From Trichinella spiralis (taxonomy: Eukaryota): a stretch of DNA of 64,000 bases. The notes below the pieces were generated by a model. It was given only the letters and a program-made list of their open reading frames with translations, made no database searches and had not been told where the DNA came from. The position numbers were made by a program, and so were the translations under genes. Within the stretch, counting starts at the first letter, position 1; each line of letters begins with the position of its first letter. The stretch is from NCBI RefSeq assembly GCF_000181795.1, contig NW_003526943.1, positions 8,721,472 through 8,785,471 of the forward strand. Reading direction: 5' to 3'. Below, one piece after another: positions 1-15,390 of the stretch.

Positions 1-745
1 GCTGGGGATTTTTCTGAGTGTATCAGTAATTTCTGACATGATGCTCAGTGTGCAATATATGACAGTTGTGTTACATTAAGCTGCTATTGATGATGAATGA
101 CAGTTTTTTTTTAATTATCAGTTTCAATCAGAAAAACTATGAATCACAAAAGAATTTCTGTCACGTCACGTCAGTTTTCTTTTGAATTATGAAAACATAT
201 TTCAACGTTTTCTAATACTTCTACGCCATTTGGGAATGCAAATTGAAAAGATTAAAAGTATTTCTGCATTTGTTATTCAATTGTGCAGATTTGGTGATAT
301 TTACATAAATTTATGTTTTGCAGTGGAATTTTAGTTTATGAAAAATGAGAATAACATTTAATTTATTATAATAAATTTTAGCGGCATCAAGTATATCAAT
401 TACTTTGATACATATCGAATTGGGGAAAATCTTCATATTTTAATTTATTTATCATTTTAAATGTCATAAAAATAACACCACCATTTAATATTGTTATTAT
501 ATAAATATGTGATTGTATAATAATATTATCTTTAAATTTTTCTTTCAAACTTTACGAACAAATGTTTAAACATATAATATAGATAAAATAGATTTTTTTA
601 AACAGAATATTTAAAAAGAAATAAAAAGTAAAAAAAAGATAATATTTTTTACTTGTAAAAATTGTTAATAACATGTTGTGCAATTTGAAAAGAAGTGACA
701 TTGCAGAGATCAGTCGTTCTTAATAATGTTAAGCTGCTTTTTTTC

Positions 746-3700
746 TCAAACTGAGATGTGTTCAGTGATGTTGCAGACTTTTAAAACGCTTGAGTCATTT
801 TTTAACAATGCGCACAATAATATTCCAATAAGAAACCAAATAAAAAATATCGATGGCAGAATGTATTTCAAAATTTTCTGAAAACGTGGTCTGGTGAATT
901 GCCTGAAAAAAAACGCATGCATGAGAAGTCCAACAAACAGACCACCAGCGTGGGCAATGTAAGATTTCTGTTCACAATCTTCAAGTCCATATCTGCGATA
1001 TATTGCATGACCAAAATCGAACAGTACGAGAACAGAAATGCTGATCAGTTTTCCAATTTGAGTATTCAATCGATTTGAAGTCTGAAATGAAATGAAATTT
1101 GCATATTCCAATTATTTTGCGCAATGAATTGATCTAAATAGTTAGTTGTTCATTAGTAGCAGATATTTTACCAATATGACGTTGGCTAAATGTGCAACCA
1201 AAATTGCATACGATCCACCAGAAGCACCAACAAGAACCACTTCACTATCAATAAGATGATGTAAAACTGAGCCTACGGATGAAATTCATCATTTTCTGTT
1301 TTTTAAGTGTTCATAATTTAATTCAAAATTTTCCCATACTAAAAACAACGGCAGTGATGTAAAGTGGCGCAATCCGCCAAATTTTGTGAACTATTTCAAG
1401 TGGTATTCCGATTACCAATTGCATTACAACATTAAACAGTAGCTGTTCTAATCTGAAACGATAAAACAATAATTTAAAAACAATAATAATAGCAAAAAAA
1501 ATACAAGCATATGTATAGAAGGAAAATTTTAAATAATTTGACTTGAAGTTTTGCTATTATTAACATGTGATTATTTCTGCTCCATTTAAGATTCAGACTA
1601 TTCGATTCAATTATTTCTATTAACATGAAGCATATGTTTCAACATTAATGTTTTTAAATATATTTTATTTTAATATAGTAAAAAAAACATTTAAAATGAA
1701 CTTCATAAATAAATTTATTTAGAAAATTGATTAAATTTATGAAAACAAGTAAATTTACATGTACAAATATTATATCTTTGGTAACACTAAGATAACATAT
1801 AATTAATACCCTTGATGTACTAAACAATATGAAATAAAGCGCCATATTTCAAAAATTCTAGTACTGACGAAAGTCATTGTTCCTTCACGATTTCCATGAA
1901 CAATACATCCAGCGCATCCTGTAACCCAGCCAACTTTTATGTTGCCTTGAACTGTGTAATGAGCATACACAGAAATCTGAAATCAACGTCCGTTAAAATT
2001 ATTTACATATGATAAATATTAAAGTAAAAAGAAAAAAATATTTGTAAAATTCCATTTTTATTTGAAAAAAGCAATCAAAGGTAACATTAAATGCATCATT
2101 TGCAGAATTTACAGAAATGTAAAATTTGCATAAATTGTCACAAAATTAAAAAAAACTTCTCTAAAAATATATTTAAAAAATAATATAAATTGTTTAACGA
2201 GATAAAATAATAAAATTTTTATATTCTAAGCAAAATTTTTTATTTAATTTTCAATGATAATTCATCATTGAATTCATTCAACAACTTTACTGTATGAGAG
2301 GTATGCGTTCGTGAGCAAAAGAAAATTATTTTTCATTTTTGAAAATTTTAAACTTTTATCATAAACCGAAAGAAAACAGATTAAATTAAAACTATGAATC
2401 ATTTTGAAGACATTATTGGAATTTATTTTTCACGAACATACAAAATTATCTGACAGTTTTGAAATATTAACTGTATGCTTTTTATTTTGTTTTGTTTGAT
2501 ATTGTTTCTATTTTTAATTTAAATAAAATCTCATACTTGCAAAATAGACATGACAATGACAAAAAATGGAGGTGGTATACAACCATATTGCTGAGTGTAA
2601 AGATTTATTTTGGCAGCATCTTCTGGAGAAGTAATAAGAGTGCTGATACGGCTAGCAGCAGTTCTCCAAAATCTACATTCTCTATCGCTGGTATCACTCT
2701 AAAATGAATAATCAGAATTCATCAACTCTTGCTAATCATCAAGTGTATTTTCATTCAATTAATATCAAGGATTAAATAGAAAAGTTTAACAATAAAAATA
2801 TATTGCATTATTAAATCGCTTAGAAAAGTTTTAGTTCAGTTTTATAAATAACAGATCTGAGATATAATTTAACAATTTCATATTCATAAAAAATAGAAAT
2901 ACCTGTATTGTACTGAAAATTGATTACAAATTAAATGGAGAATCTAACAAGAAGAATATAACTGAATGAAGTATTGATTTCAATTTTGAAAATGCAACAG
3001 CTATTCTGAAGAAAAAATATTCTCAAAATTTATTGATAATAATTTGATTTAAAATAAGATTTGAGGTGAAAATAAATTCTTGTATTAATAGTGACCATGT
3101 ATTGTCGACATTTCATAATATTTGTCACATTAGAATAATAAAAGAAACTTACTGATTATACGATTCAGATTATTACAATTAAAAAAAATCGACGCATCGT
3201 AGATAAAAGTTATTCATCATTAAGCAGATGGATGTTTTTTTTTCAAATAATCAAAGCACTAATCATTGCTGACATTAGTGTGAAGCAAAATTTATCTTAT
3301 GCATTAAATTCGCAAAATTGATTAGCATAAATTCGACTCTAATATGTCGAGAGTTTTTGAAAATTTAGAAAAAAACTGCAAATACAAATGAATTAATTTG
3401 AAAGAACAGACATTTATTTGCAGTTATGAAAAAGAAAAGAATTTGCTGTAGAATTTAATAAATATAAATTTTTTAATTTGAAAATAATTAACTTCAATAT
3501 TCAAATTCTGTGCAGTGAATTGTTTATTAATTTGAATAATAATTACCAGCGAATCGACGGTAAGTCTTGCAGAATCATCCAACGAACGCAGCCGATTGGA
3601 TCTCAAATCGTTGCTAGCCAAACGTGAATTGCTCGACTTGGACGATGGGCGTTTTCCACTTTGTTCTTTATTTACAGTCAGCGACTCGTTGTTTGATTGC

Positions 3701-3908
3701 TAAAAATAATTTTGAATATATTACAAAAAAACAACTGATTTAATTGAATGGAGAAGATGAAGAAATTAGCATTATTGTTTTCGATATCTGGGCAAGAAAA
3801 CGATGATCAACTGACAAATGAAACAGAAGGTGCCGCGTCGATGTGGCTTTCATCGGTTTGCTTTGGGGCAGTGTTGTTGGCGGTGTTTTCGTGATTGTCG
3901 GTCTTCAT
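746..3908 (-). CDS. Rhomboid-family intramembrane serine protease (secretase-type, ROM-1/RHBDL-like), multi-exon
   Basis: Exons approx 3828-3908, 3548-3699, 2537-2698, 1810-1976, 1340-1452, 1172-1272, 746-1081. Translation gives YGCIPPPFFVIV, EIWRFISYCLVHQG (WR motif), LVGASGGSYA (catalytic Ser) and AHAGGLFVG (catalytic His). The two 5'-most exons and the start codon are less certain. Confidence 0.9.
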
Positions 3909-6900
3909 TGCATTGCCAATTGACGCATTGTAGCACTTCTGTGAACGTGACGACGAGACCTGCGTAGAAAATATCCCTCAATTCAAAATTGCCTGTTTTC
4001 TCAGCTGCTGCCAAGATCACCACCGCGAAGCTGTTCAACACAAGCCAACAACAACCACTGCACGTCACCCCACCAACAACAATAATATAATATAATAATA
4101 ATTATTATTTATTAAACAATTTATTTGTTTTTACCAATAAAAAACGACCTCTTTCTTTATCCTTCAACATTAGGTTATCCAGTATAATATATTGAATTCA
4201 AAGAAAAAAGAAGCAACGAAAAGTATTATTGTATTCACTTATATCCCATTGTTTACATAAATAAGTAAACAAATAAATAAACAATACATTTTATAAATTG
4301 CTGTTGACTGTTTAACGGAAAAATTGCAATAAAATAGCATATCATGAAACTACAACCAATTAACAAACCATATTCCAAAAAAAAGAAAATTATTCTCAAT
4401 ATTTACACGCTTTTTTTCTATCAGAATCCACAATTATTAATTCATATCTGTCGGTAGAATGAAACGAAAAAAAAATAATAAAGTCAAAAATGATCCTTAA
4501 TACACTACTTAAAATAAACAGCTCGAACTGAAATTTCATTTGTTTTTTGAAATTTTTTTCTCTGTTTATTTAGACAGTAATAAATTTCCTCGTTCATCAT
4601 TTTGAAAAAATAAACAACTTAATTTTTTGATAATAGTTAATTTATCAAACTGAAATAAGAACTTTGTGAATTACCGTATAGGATACTTTTTTCGGTATTT
4701 TACAAAGCATCGAAGAAAAATGAATGAAAATGCAACTGCTGCAACTGATTGGAGTAGTTGAGACGAACGTTTGCTGTTGATTTAATATTTTCACATTGAA
4801 TAATAGAAATTCCAAAAAGCATGATGTCTTGTCTAGCATGAACGTTCAGCATGACGAAAGAGTAAATTTTTAAACAATATACAAAAGTTGCCCAACTAAT
4901 TACTGCTGTCATTGTTGACAAGGAAACTAAAACGTCACACTTGGCTTTGTTTGATTTGCTTGTCGTTCAACAAAAATCTTTTTAATAATTTATTATAAAA
5001 GCAATATTTTTATTCACACTTGATAAGTTGGAAAAACGCACATCCCATTTGAAAGCTTAAAAGCTACTCTTTTACACCTCATTTTTAAGTGAAGATAAAG
5101 TGGAAACTTTTTTTGTAATAGGCATTACAACAAATCAACAGTTATGAAAAAAAATTTTTTAAATAAAATTCTCCAATAATAATTATACAAATCCAATTCT
5201 GGTAAATATTTCATTTTTCCATAATCAAAAAAATATATATATAACATAAAAATATCGATATTTATTTATGAAATTTGATTAATAATGAACGCATTTCAAT
5301 CAGTTAAAATTTATTCTGTATTTTCAAATGAAAATTCATAACAAGCTATTAAAAAAAGAAAATAATTCACAAATTGCATTTTTTCTTGATTTAATTATTC
5401 AATTAAAATTTATTTTTATTTACAAATAAACTAACTGCATCGTTGTAAAATGCAAAAATATTACTTTTCATCTTGGAAAGTGAAAGCAGAAATATATGTA
5501 CATAAATCAACCAGGCAAAAAAGCACGATTTGAATGAACAGCCCAATTTGCACGCTTAATACATTTATATGTGTTGTATTCGGCGAAAGTAGAATTCAAA
5601 GCAGTAAAAGATTTACTTGTTTGAATAATTAAATCAAGTTATTGCAATGCAAACAGCAGTAATGTGCCTGAAACCCACCGAACGACACAATTTAACTATT
5701 TCGCTCCTCTTGTTAAGAAATATGCCTGATGGCATCGAAACTTCAACTCTCCTAAATAAATATTTATCGCACTGTCAGCTTCATCATTTGTATATTTACA
5801 ACTAAACGCTTTTTATTAAATAAAAGTTTTTTTCAATAAAAACATAAAAAATAAAATAAACAATAAGCAATTTTAAACTTAAAACATTTCCAAAATGAAA
5901 CACTAAAATAATTTTTTTTTCAATTGACAATAATTTTAAGAAATCAAAAATACATTTCACATTCATATTCATCTCTTGCTGTATTACTACGTAAAATCTT
6001 TTTCCGGATTAGAGAATTCAATTTTTTGTGAAATACATTCAATAATACAAAGAAGCGCTACTATTACTGTACTGACATTCAAGTATTTGTACATACAATA
6101 CTACATATTAAATCGATACTGCATAGCTATTCAGAAGCAGTATTTTCTGCTTTAATTTTTAAATTTTAATACAATAAAATAAATTGTATTTTTTTATTTT
6201 TACAAATATATTATTATTTGTAAATTCGATATCTCAGCATATGCATTAACTTTAATGTTAGTTAACTTTATGAAATTACTTTGCATTACTGTAGCAGTTG
6301 ATGAAACAAAAGCCTAAAATTAAAATTTTCATTTAATTATTATTTTATTATTGTAATTCATTGTATATTTATTTAAACTAATAGCAATTTTCAGAATAAC
6401 AATTAAATACAGTATGAAGAACCTACATTTTTCTTTTTTGAATATTTAGGTCTGAAGGACATGATTGCAAATTTGTTATTTTCCAGATGTTCAACAATGT
6501 ATCATGCACATTGTTATTTTAAATGTTATGTTAATTTTCTTGCAATAAAATATCTACTGTTATTGCAAATTTTTGCTTAATTTTGTTTTATTTTGAAAGA
6601 AGAAATCAAAATTTGTTCAATTTTTTTTAAATTTGTGCTTGCTTAGACGGTTGAATTTTTGCATTTTTAAGTTTTAAATTTAAAATCAAACGTTTAATAA
6701 ATTAGTTTAGTTTCGTATTTGTGTTGTGCAGGATAAAGCACTATGAAAATAGCATTGCATTTTGTTTTCATTGGGAATTAGCATTTTGACGTTTATATTT
6801 TTAGATTTTACAATGAAATATGGTATTTTAATGATTATAAATTGTTTTCAGCTTTTCTTCACTAAAATTTTTAACAATTTTTCTTAGCTTGGTGGTAGTT

Positions 6901-6913
6901 GGATGTGACCAAA

Positions 6914-9786
6914 ATGGCTTGTATGAACATTCTGAATCAGCATGCATTGTCCTCGGATTCTAGCGATCATCTGCTTCAAACACTTCATCACGGTGATGAG
7001 AAATTGATTCCAGTAAAGAAAATTGATTTTATAATTTGAATGATTTTTAGATTTGAAACTGTTGCTGGAATTTACGGACAATGTTATATCAACGTGTGGC
7101 ACATACGGAGATGAAAACAGCGCACTTCGAACTTTAATTCGACACTTTGAGGCAGATGTAGAATGTTATCAGTCGAAAATGAAAGAGATGAAAGCAGAGT
7201 TGGTTGAAGCTCGGTAATATGTTCAGTTTTTTAGTTCAAACTTTATTCGCATGCATTCGATGTTTTGTTTGTTTCTTATATGCATGTTTTTTAATTTAAA
7301 TGGAATTGTCGATCTATTTCAGTTCACAGATTGCTGCTTTGATGATAAAGAATCAAGCTTTAGAAAGCGACAAACATCACCTGGTAATTGGTTTATTGTT
7401 TGACAAATTTTAGTCAAAAAATAATGTTGCTTATTAGGATAATCAAATTGATGCAGTTCGTGAAATTCTGATGGACAGCTTAGATACAATTTCCGAAACG
7501 AATCGAAAAAAGCTGGAATTTTTAACGGATAAATCTAGGTATTAGGTAAAAGTCAATTTTTATTAATTTAAATGAAATAATTATAGACGGGAAGAACGCG
7601 AATCTGTTGTTTCTGAAACTGGTATTGATTACGATCACACTGATGACAGTTTAGAAGGAACTGAAATAAAAGTTCTCAAGAAGAATAAGTAAAGTTTATT
7701 TTTTGTTTTGTTGGAAGATATAATATCTTTTTATAATATAGTAATGTTGAAAATGAATTGCTGAAAATTAATCGCAAGCGAATTAATGCAGCTAATGATT
7801 TAAATTTCCCGCTTGAATCCACAGTTGATGTGGAATCATTCTTGCCTTTGAAAAAAGCAAAAGATGATTGTTTCAAAAAGGTTAGTTCATTAAACACGAG
7901 GCGATTTGTAATTTAATTTGTTTTTGGACTTCAGAATAATCCTGGGACTGAAATTCTGGTTCCAGATACTGTAGCTGGAGCTGCAAAGCAAAGCAAGAAG
8001 TTCTTTTTCGATCCACTTTCACCAAAACCTGCAACCTTGCCTAAGCCGTCGTTGAATAGAAGCTTTTCAGATTCACAGCTTTCTTCGCCTAATCAACAGG
8101 AAATATTAAAATTTAACGCCACTCCTCTGAAAGCATACACGCCGTTGTTAAAAAGTCAACCAAACTTGTAAGCTGTCATGTTGTAAAATTATGATGCAAT
8201 GGAATATTGTATGAACTTTTCAGATCTCAAAAATTTGATTGTACTCCTACTGTAAGCAGTTTGCCCAGTAAAAGGCACGCATTTGTGCAAAAAACAGTTT
8301 TGAAACAGGAGAACTGTGATGTTTGCAATGAGCGTTTGAAATTTGGAAAATTGATCTATCGGTGTCAAGGTAATAATAATGATTCATTTGCATTTGTTTT
8401 CTCGAGTAATGAGGAAAATTTTTGTGAAGACTGCAAAATTCAATGTCATCAAGATTGTCGTATTGGTGTGCAAACTCACTGTGTTCTTAACACTTCATCT
8501 GGTAAGCAAGGAAAAGGAAAATTGAGTGATCATATACCTGCAAAAAGACCCTTTATTCCACATATAATTATTCATTGTGTGTATGAAATTGAACGCCGAG
8601 GACTGAATTCTGTTGGCCTTTACAGAATTCCTGGGTTTGTATTTATGTTGTTTTTCGATTAAAAAAATAAATACTTTTGCTTTTTATAGTACTGAATCGA
8701 AAGTTAATGATTTGTATCAGAAATTCATATCTTCTCGTCGGGCACCTAATTTGGTATGTTTTTTTTTGCATTTTTTCGAATTTCGTTTCTCTGTTTTTCA
8801 TTGTATATTTTATTAATTAGCGAATTGTGGACGACATTAACGTATTGACAAGTTGTTTGAAGAAGTTTTTGCAAAATCTCAAAGAACCACTCATTCCACT
8901 GACATCACGGCACGACTTCATTAAAGCCGCTGCCGATGAGGATTCTATCAAGCAGGTTCGCGAAATGCATTCGGCCATTTGTGAATTGCCTATGCCAAAT
9001 CGCGACACTTTAGCATTTTTAATTGTACATTTGCAACGGTATTCTGTTTACGATTTTATTATTTATTTATTGAATTTTTTAATTTATTAGTTTTTAATTT
9101 CAATTTAGTGTTTCCGAAGAGTACATGCATAACAAAATGCCTGCGGCTAACTTGGCGAAGATTTTTGCTCCATCAATTTTAGGCTTTGCCCCAAACAACA
9201 TGATACGTTCATCGGATGAATTATTAAAATTAGAAAAAGTTCGTTTATTTTTATTATTATTATTGTTGCTGTTATTTTAAAGTTTAAAGTGAATGGCTAA
9301 TATGCAAGTGAAAAAATTTTTTGTTTTAGGTGGTCAAAGTGTTACTGAATTTATCGACTGATTACTGGAAACAGTTTTTTGATTCACAAGAAATAAAGCA
9401 AATCACTACGCTACGTCCATTTGCCAACGTAACGCGTTCCGTTATTAGTGAGTAATTTTTACATTGAAATTATGAATTAACTTGTTCAAACATCAGTGAT
9501 TGTTTTATTTTTTTGGTGTATCATTTATTTTTAATAACATGCTCACATGTTCAATTTTAGATAATACGATGAAGCAAACTCCAGCAAGAAATACTACTGG
9601 CGTTGGAGCTTACAGGTAAATCAAATTGATAATAATAATAATAATAATAATGACCTTTTTCTTTATTTCATAACTTCTCAAAAGATGAGTTTTTTTGAAA
9701 ACAAATTAATGATCAACATTCATTTTAGTAATTTTGATCGAACTCGAACTGGCGGAAAGAACACTGTTTTGCCTCCTTGGCGTTGA
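6914..9786 (+). CDS. cyk-4: Rac GTPase-activating protein 1 / CYK-4 (centralspindlin RhoGAP), multi-exon
   Basis: N-terminal coiled-coil exons, a C1 domain (HAFVQKTVLKQENCDVCNERLKFGKLIYRC..CHQDC), then a RhoGAP domain (PHIIIHCVYEIERRGL..GLYRIPG; NRDTLAFLIVHLQR; NKMPAANLAKIF). This domain order is typical of RACGAP1/CYK-4. Confidence 0.9.
9630..9651. repeat. (AAT)n microsatellite, intronic
   Basis: Direct reading: aataataata... inside the last CYK-4 intron. Confidence 0.9.
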
Positions 9787-10198
9787 TGGAAAACTTTTAT
9801 CGTTATATTTGCTCTTGTACAGGCATATTTTATAGCTTTGACTTTAACACAGACGAAGAGAATTTTTAAAATCTCTACTTTTATCACTAATCAAGTGGCA
9901 ATTGTTTTTTTATTTTTTTTGTTTCATCATATTTATTATTTAAATGATGATTCTGTTATGTTACTCTGCACTGCATTTGTGAAATTGTTGTTAAATTAGT
10001 ATAATCAGAATGAATGTTACAGTAAAAATCATCATAGAAAACTGCTGTTTTTTGAACCAACTCTAAAATACATATCTGAAGATTATTAAATTTAAAATTT
10101 CAAGATGAAGTTTCATTTATTTCCAATTAAAAACTGGAACTCTCATTACTGTTTTCAATAATGATAATTAAAAATATGAAATAAGAAATTATTATTCA

Positions 10199-11041
10199 TC
10201 AGTGATCTTCATCTTCAATGCCTAGCAGTTGTAAAATATGTCGTCTTCGTTTCAAAGCATGTTCAACAGATTCATCAATTAACTGTTTGCTTAAACTGGC
10301 AGCGCCGCCAGTTTTGAACAAACCGCAAAGAGTTTTCTGAGCACCAACAATGATGGTGAATGCATCACCAATAAGTTTTGTTTCTTCATCCGTTGGGTCG
10401 CAAATTAATATTTCATCACCAAATTTTAAAAAACTGCAGGCGACAGGGTAAACGTTCGGAAATAATACAGGGGAAGTTTCAGCCGTATCAACTTTAATAT
10501 TTTTCAAATTAATTTTGAAATCTTCATGCAAAACTTTTACAACGGGAAATCTCAGCTCTTGCAATGCTGCCAAAAGAGCTACTAAGCAGACTTCCAAAAT
10601 GCCACCTGCACAATCCAAAACTACAAAATCACAGTAAATCACCCAAAACAGTTCTCCATCAAAAATTTCCAAACTTTTTGAATTCACTATGTTTTTCTCA
10701 ATCAAGCTTTTCAATATGCATTTCGTTTTATCAATCTCATTTTGCCAACTTACGACAATCGTCGGAGATACAGATTCAATGTTCACCACCAGTCCTGGTG
10801 ACGGAATTAACGTGTCGTTTTCCATTATTTCAAGGTTAATTCCACAAATTGCTGCTGTTCCTCCAATTCTAGCAACTGCTGAGCTGTCTGCGGTCGTTAT
10901 CATATTGCGATGAACAGCTGCATTGCGGAATTGATTGGTCTTACGACCATCGTAACGGATTTTATTTTTTGTAATGTATTCTCTAATATGCTCTGATGGT
11001 TCTATTACCTTCTTTTGTTTATCAGACAGCATTTCACTCAT
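10199..11041 (-). CDS. EXOSC8: Exosome complex component RRP43 (RNase PH family), intronless CDS
   Basis: 280-aa ORF from the ATG at 11041. Motifs IRYDGRKTNQFR, ITTADSSAVARIGGTAAICGI, WVIYCDFVVLD..G, DPTDEE and LCGLFKTGG match Rrp43/EXOSC8. Confidence 0.88.
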   Translation of the reverse strand: MSEMLSDKQKKVIEPSEHIREYITKNKIRYDGRKTNQFRNAAVHRNMITTADSSAVARIGGTAAICGINLEIMENDTLIPSPGLVVNIESVSPTIVVSWQNEIDKTKCILKSLIEKNIVNSKSLEIFDGELFWVIYCDFVVLDCAGGILEVCLVALLAALQELRFPVVKVLHEDFKINLKNIKVDTAETSPVLFPNVYPVACSFLKFGDEILICDPTDEETKLIGDAFTIIVGAQKTLCGLFKTGGAASLSKQLIDESVEHALKRRRHILQLLGIEDEDH

Positions 11042-13143
11042 GAAAACCAAGAGAAAATGCCTAAAAACTCACATAATCCTCAAATTAAAAAGCAAATCAT
11101 AATTATTAAATATTGTAAAATAATAATAAGGGAAAAAATTTATCATTTTTTCAAAATTAAATTCAATAACATAAATAATAGAAAATCAAAACAGGTAAAG
11201 CATAAAAACTTCACACATTTTCAATACAATTTTATAATTACAGTTTTATGAACCTTTCTTTTACAAAATTAAAACTTGCCTAAAGGTATAATTTTTGTAG
11301 TTTGTATTTAATACAGATAAAAATTATCCATAACTGTAAAATAAATAATTTTTTAAATATAAATTTATAATAAATATTTTATATCAATCCTCATAAAAAA
11401 TATCATACTTTTGCGGAAATGAAAAAATAGATCAATTTACAGTATGAAAATGAAGTAAACACTAACAACAGTTGGCATCATGAATTATAGCTTCATTTTT
11501 CTAAATTTATTTTGAATGTGCCTCATCAATAAAAATAAATTAAATATTAAATAAGTGCTACATATTTTAAGCAGCACGTTTTTGAACTATGTTACTTTTT
11601 ATACAGATGAAAATTTGATTGAAAAACGCTTTATATAATTCATTCAATTAAAACGATACTGTTTATTGAATTAAATAATTATATTTTTTTAAGATAAATT
11701 TCTTTTCTTTTTTGCAGAGTTTTATTTTAAAAAACCTGTCCTGCAAATGGTATGTTTACTGTAATGAATCATCATTCTCATTCTTTCAACTGTTCTTTAG
11801 CATTTCTCGATTTACTATTTACTTGTCCCATCTAGAAATTTTGCAGCATTTTTTAAACATAAAAATAAGGTAATTCTGTTTTATAATATTGGACATTTAT
11901 AGCAACATAAATGCGTTGATGAATGATGCTTATAATACCGATTAGTCCAAAATTTATAAACCAAGGTTTTTTATAGTAATCAGTCGTAGTTTGAGTTTCT
12001 GTACTATAGTTAGATTTTTGAACCGTTTAGCGTTTTCATATTTTGACTGTAATTGCTGTTTTGCTTATTTTTTGTTTGAAAGAAATTTTGTTTGACATTA
12101 ATGATATACAGCTGTTATTTGACTGATTATTTAGCAGACAATTCTGTTTTTCGTTCATTGTTTTACGATATGAATTTTATTTGCATTGTATTTTATCCTA
12201 TCGTGTTTCCTTTATGAATTTTTTAGTAGCTGATCTTTGAATTGTTAATTAGTTTTCGAATTTTCAATCGCGTTCGAACTGGCGTAATGCAATTCCAAAG
12301 ATGTTTTACTTGTAAAAACTGTTCAATCAGGGCAAGTTTAATTGATTATTTTCCCAATATTCTATAACAGTTTTATTGACAGTAATGATGATCTTATATT
12401 TATCTTTATGTTTCACATAATTTATAGTAATTGTTAAAAATTTTGTCAAGGCTGATTATCGTAATTATTAAATGAGCTTTATAGGTGTGTTTTTAACTGC
12501 ATTAATGACAATTTTAAGTTGGATATTTTGAAAATTTTTGCGTAATGTTATCAGATCGTTGATTTATTCAACTTTCATTCTTGTGACAGAACAAAGAAGC
12601 TGGCGTGTAATTATTTGATATTCATTGCAGCTGTAGAATGTAATGCTGGCTGTAGTAGCTATAACAGAGTATGCATTAGACGCTTAATTTTGAAAAAATG
12701 GAGCATGTGTTTTATTTTATTTTGCTTGATATTTTGGCTGTTGCATATAAATAATGTTGCCATGTTTTTTACGCTAAATTTATTTTTTCTGTTTATTGTG
12801 AATTTATTTTTGTTGGATTTTACAAGTAAACTGATGTAAGCTTATAAAATGAATGATTAATTTATCTTCTTATGCTAGTTTGAGTTTTCTTTGATATATT
12901 GAACGCTGTATTTAATTTTAAATAAATATTTTGTTCTATTGGATGCATTCCTTTTGAAAAATTTTAAATATTTATTAAAATTTGAATGTAAAGAATACAA
13001 TCCAATGTTACCACTTTAGGAAAGCAAAACAAATGAAAGATATTTTTAAATTTATTATTTTTGATGTTATTGTTTGTAATTTAATTTTGTATATTTTTAA
13101 TTGTCGACTTTTTGCACAGATTTCTATAAAAAAGCTAAGAAAA

Positions 13144-15357
13144 ATGTCTCGACTTCTTGCTGTTCCACTGAAGAAAAGTTCTGAAGTGGACATGGCTGGT
13201 CCTCTGCATACGTATATCTCATCTACGTATAGCACTGACGAATGTCCAACCGATTCTTACGCAATAGAGGAATTCAACAAATTGCGTAATAAAGTCTGCT
13301 GTGGACCGTTGGACAAGCAGGAAAGCGGTTTGCAACAGCTATACAGGTTTTTAGTATATAAGAAAAATTCAAATTGGATAGTTTGAACGTTTTTATAGGT
13401 ATTATGATCAGTTGGTGTGTATTGAAGGTAAACTTCCATTGACACCTACGGAAATACCGATTCCTTTTAAATGGAAGGAAGCTTTCGAACGTAGTCTATT
13501 TGGAAGAGCTTCTCTAAGTTTGTTTGGAGTTTGAATTTGAAAATAGAATTATCGTAATTTTATTTGACGTTTTGCAGCAATCAGTTCTGGATCATATGAA
13601 AAAGCTTGCGTTTTATTTAACATAGCTGCAATGCAAAGTCAAGTTGCCGCTATGCAGCGTTTGGATGATGACGACGATTTGAAACTTGCTGCTCGTCTTT
13701 TTCAGGTTTATCTTTTAATTTTTTAACAAAACATTGTATTATTATATTTATTGATTATTACTTTATTAATTATTATTACTTTCTTGCATTTAATTTTAGC
13801 AAAGTGCAGGAATTTTTGCTTATCTGAAAGATACAGTCATGTCTTTGGTTGGCCAAGAACCGACTATTGATATGATGCCCAACACTTTAGGTATTTTATC
13901 GGCTTTGATGTTGGCACAAGCTCAAGAAATTTTTTTCTTGAAAGCATCTAAGGGTATTGAACATTTTTTTTTGCAGTCAAGTTTCGTTTATAAAGAAATT
14001 TTTACAGTGAATTGTTGCATATATTAATGTGCAATTATTTTTGTAAGTTTATGTTTGGTTTTTTTTTTCAGATCACAACAAACCCGCAGTTATTGCTAAA
14101 ATAGCCGCAGAATGTGCGGCAATGTATTACGAAGTGAATAAAATGCTTTCCAAGGATAATATCAAAAATTTATGGGAAAAGGTGAAGTATTTATTCCAAT
14201 GATATTGTGTGTTGTTTCAAAATTCAGTCGATTCGAAATAAATGTACAATAATTTTTAAAAGATTACAAAACAGGCGAGCCCTGTGAGAGAATATATGGA
14301 TATGTATGAATGATATATTTCGATTTAGGCCTATTTAATGTCCGGCAAGTGTTTTACTTTTCAAGCACTGGCTCAGTATTATCAGTCATTGCTGGCCAAA
14401 GAAGCAAAAGAGATTGGTGAAGAATTGGCTAGACTTCAAGTATTTAAATTTTATCTTGTTTAATTTAATTGTATAATTGTATAATTATTTTACTTCAACA
14501 GTTATTGTTGTTGATTTTTAGTATGCAGATGAATTGATGGTCATGGCGCAAGAGAAATTAGGGCCATACGCGAATTTGCTTCAGACTGAAGCCGATTTAA
14601 TTCACAAGGCTTATTTGGCAGCAAAAAAGGACAATGATTTTATTTATCACGAGCGCATTCCAAACATCAAAGCGGTTCCACCGATTGGTAAATTGGCCAT
14701 TGCCAAAATCACTCCATTGTCACATCCGTTAAGCGCAAAGCCGCACAAAGGTATGAATGTTGAATTAATTGTTTGATCAAATGGAATTATTTTATTTAAT
14801 AAATTGTAGATATTTTTGAAAAATTGGTTCCCGTCGCTGTGCAACAAGCGTTGGCTTGTTACGAAGTTCGACGTGGAGAAATTGTAAACGCAGAAATTGC
14901 TAAACTACGGGAAGAAACTAACAAGCTCAACGAGTAATTCAAATATTTTTTTTGTTTTGTAAAAAATTTTTTAAAGATGTAAACTAGAGTTGTTTTTCCT
15001 TTTTATCGCATAAAGTGCTGTTTATTCATTTTTGTGATGTTTTTTACACATGACTGTTAAAAATTGACATTTCTTAAGAAAAGGTTCTGGAATTCATAGT
15101 GCGAAATTGAAATTTTAATTTAATAATTTGAATTTTTTTGTTCTCAGATTGTTGACGATGGTTAATTTGCCGACATCGTTGGAAGACGTTTGCAATGCTG
15201 ATAAAGTGCCACCTTCTATCCGACAAAAATCCGCAAAAATCATATCACTTGGTGGAGTTGAAGCTTTGCGACGTGGAGTGGATTCGTTGCCTATACATTA
15301 CCGTCGAAATCAAGAAATTCTTGATGAGGTAATAATATACGCACACACATCTACACT

Positions 15358-15390
<33 letters not shown>

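Noticed and set aside
4645..4921. Short overlapping minus-strand ORFs upstream of rhomboid
   Set aside because: No recognisable motifs or clear splice connection.
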